Source: Chiloscyllium plagiosum
Lineage: Eukaryota
NCBI RefSeq assembly: GCF_004010195.1
Contig: NC_057720.1
Location: 8,362,164 to 8,426,163 of the forward strand
DNA length: 64,000 nucleotides
Direction of reading: 5' to 3'
Position numbers and translations under genes: made by a program. The notes below the pieces were generated by a model. That model worked only from the letters and a program-made list of their open reading frames with translations, ran no database searches and was not told the origin of the DNA. Every line of letters begins with the position of its first letter. Position 1 is the stretch's first letter. Shown piece after piece: positions 61,834 to 64,000 of the stretch.

Positions 61834-62929
61834 TCTTTCCAGCAAGCTCTGTCAAATTAAGAGCCAATCAAGCAGTTAACTGGGCAATGGCAGGCTTGCC
61901 CTGGAATCAATGACTCTAAGGGGGGAAGGGGGAATGGTGCAGAAGTCCCACACAACCAATCAAGTTCCTACCGTTCTTTAATTGGCTTCTGCCAATACTA
62001 AACCCAACAGAGGCTAGGATGGCAGATGGATCTAGACATAAGGGAACAGATTGCGCAGGGGTGAGGATCGCAAGGAAGATTTAATTGGGACTATTTCATT
62101 GCAAGAACACTATAATATCAACTCAAGTTGGTTGGGCTAAAGGCCCATTTCAACTCATAACTACGACATATTCACCACGTGTACTCGCTTTTGATGAGAT
62201 CACCTCCCTCGGCTCGAGCTCCTTCTTCACATCTTCGGTCAACACTACCATTGTCATTTATTTGGATGATGGCTTCTGGCAAGGCGTAGATCAATAACAA
62301 GAAAAGGAATGACTTTCACCAGCCATTCAGCCATCAGGGGAGCTGTGTAGTAACTTGCCAGCAGCTGTTATTTAATATGGTTTAACAAAGCATAAGTACA
62401 GAACAGCAGTACAGGCATTTTAATTGCTTGTCCTTACACCTGTAAGAGAAAAATACTGAGCACTCTACGTGCCAAATCTCCTTTCACAGCTCTCTCCTTG
62501 CTCACTCAACACAGATTGTTAACTCAAGCCGCTCGCTTATAAACAATTGATGCCTAATATTCACTCGTGAGTTGGTTTCAAAATCCAACTGTTCAGATGC
62601 TTGATTTTTCAGGTAAATACTGCTGTGTGTAATTTTCTAAAAAACCCAAACGGTCTACAAGTCTCACTGACAATAACTGCACCTGGTTTCCTGAGCCCAC
62701 AGACTGATGCCCCTGTTCATAATCAGGAATGTATCACTCAAAGGGAACGATGCGCAATCTTTGGTTGTTCAAAGGAGGTGTGGTAATTATTGTTCAACAG
62801 ATTGCTTCGTTCTGTTCCTGCCTTGCAAAGGAAAGGCAGTCGTCATTTCTAACAAACCATCTGGAGGGAAGAATGATTCAGTAAGAGGCTGTGCGACATG
62901 TCAGGAATTTTCTTGCATTTACAAAATGC

Positions 62930-63160
62930 ATTAGTCATGGTACAATAGGTAACACACTTGCCTTCGAATCAGAAAGTTGTGCTTCCTACAGACGTGAACA
63001 GTTTAAGTGGGCTTTCACTGAGTTCGTTACTGAGGAGGGAGGCACTGCCTTTTTGGATAAAGCATTGAGTCTCTCCCTTTCCGTGGACATTTTGAAGGAG
63101 AGAAGGGAAGTTATCACCTGTGCCTTGGCCAACATACATCCCTTAACCGCCATTACTTTG
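62930..63160 (+). mobile_element. Ancient Deu-domain SINE remnant (SacSINE1/AmnSINE-like)
   Basis: TTTTGAAGGAGAGAAGGGAAGTTATCACCTGTGCCTTGGCCAACATACATCCCTTAACC resembles the Deu core as I recall it; related remnants at 25210-25450, 30660-30790 and 47640-47830. Confidence 0.5.
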
Positions 63161-63299
63161 AACCAATTACCCACTCCTTAAATTGTATTTGGAACCTTAG
63201 CTCACCGCAATTTGATAGTAGCATTCCCCTGACTTACAGCAGTCAGTATACTTCAGATACTGTGCAATGTTTTAATTCATAGCATGGTTGCAGCATTAA

Positions 63300-63870
63300 T
63301 AAAAATACAGCCATTCAGCTCATTAGGTCTGTGCTGGATCTCTGTATGATCAACATTCCACTGCATTGTACCCTGGAATTTATTCATTTGAGGTAATTAC
63401 CCCATTTCCTTTTGAAAGATACAATTGATTCTCCCTGTACCATACTCTCAGATGATACATTGCTGATCCTAATGAGCGTAGCATAAAGCCGCTTTTCCTC
63501 ACGTTGACATTGGTTTGTTTACCCATGAACCTTCATCCACCCCTTTGCTTCTGTCAATGGGACAATCCCAATGTACTCTGTCCAGATCCCTGGCAATTTT
63601 GAGTATCTCCATTAAAGGTCCCCCAGCCTTCGCTTCTCTGAGGACAGCAGCCCCAGCATTACCAATCCATCAACATCACCAAAGTCTCTAATTTTCTGAA
63701 GTTCCTTTCCACTCCCCGTCAAAAACCTTCCCATCTTTCATAAATCATGATGCCCAGACTTGGCAGACCACTTCAGCAGTTAAGTTGAACCAATGTTTTA
63801 TAAAGGTTTCGTATAACTTCCCTGTTTTTGTATTCTGTTCCCTTTTCATACAGCTCAGGATCTTGAATGC
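63300..63870 (-). mobile_element. Old degraded CR1 LINE 3' part
   Basis: Reverse-strand similarity to CR1 ORF2 end segments; followed by an HE1 tail at 63975-64000. Confidence 0.65.
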
Positions 63871-64000
63871 CTTGTTAATTGACCAAGTATAGCTCAGGGT
63901 GTTGTGGGAAGTTAGGGAAAAATTGGCAGGGGCCCTAGCATATTAGCCACAGCCACAAGTGAGGTAGATATAGAAATAGAATCCCTACAGTGTGGAAACA

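Overview
This is repeat-dense eukaryotic non-coding DNA (intron or gene desert). The repeat repertoire (HE1-type V-SINEs, HER1/CR1 LINEs, Deu-domain SINE remnants) points to a cartilaginous fish, most likely a shark. I can support no intact host protein-coding gene, rRNA, tRNA gene or CRISPR array; nearly all predicted ORFs are fragments or antisense readings of retroelements. Identified content: many 5'-truncated CR1/HER1 LINE copies (one ~2 kb copy with a disrupted RT domain), about 14 HE1-like SINEs, a second LINE/SINE pair, a Rex1/Babar-like LINE end, solo LTRs, a TA-inserted MITE, two minisatellites, two old local duplications and two assembly gaps. The most interesting signal is about 20 minimal hammerhead-ribozyme (HHR) motifs (CUGANGA-N-stem II-GAAA-palindromic stem III) carried by at least three or four Penelope-like element (PLE) families, with stems that covary between families. 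Many sit in short, ORF-less fold-back cassettes with their own 10-15 bp target-site duplications (TSDs), including a nested pair at 53.2-53.7 kb with four HHR motifs. Coordinates of degraded repeats are approximate (tens of bp); family names are from recognition of motifs, not from a database search.
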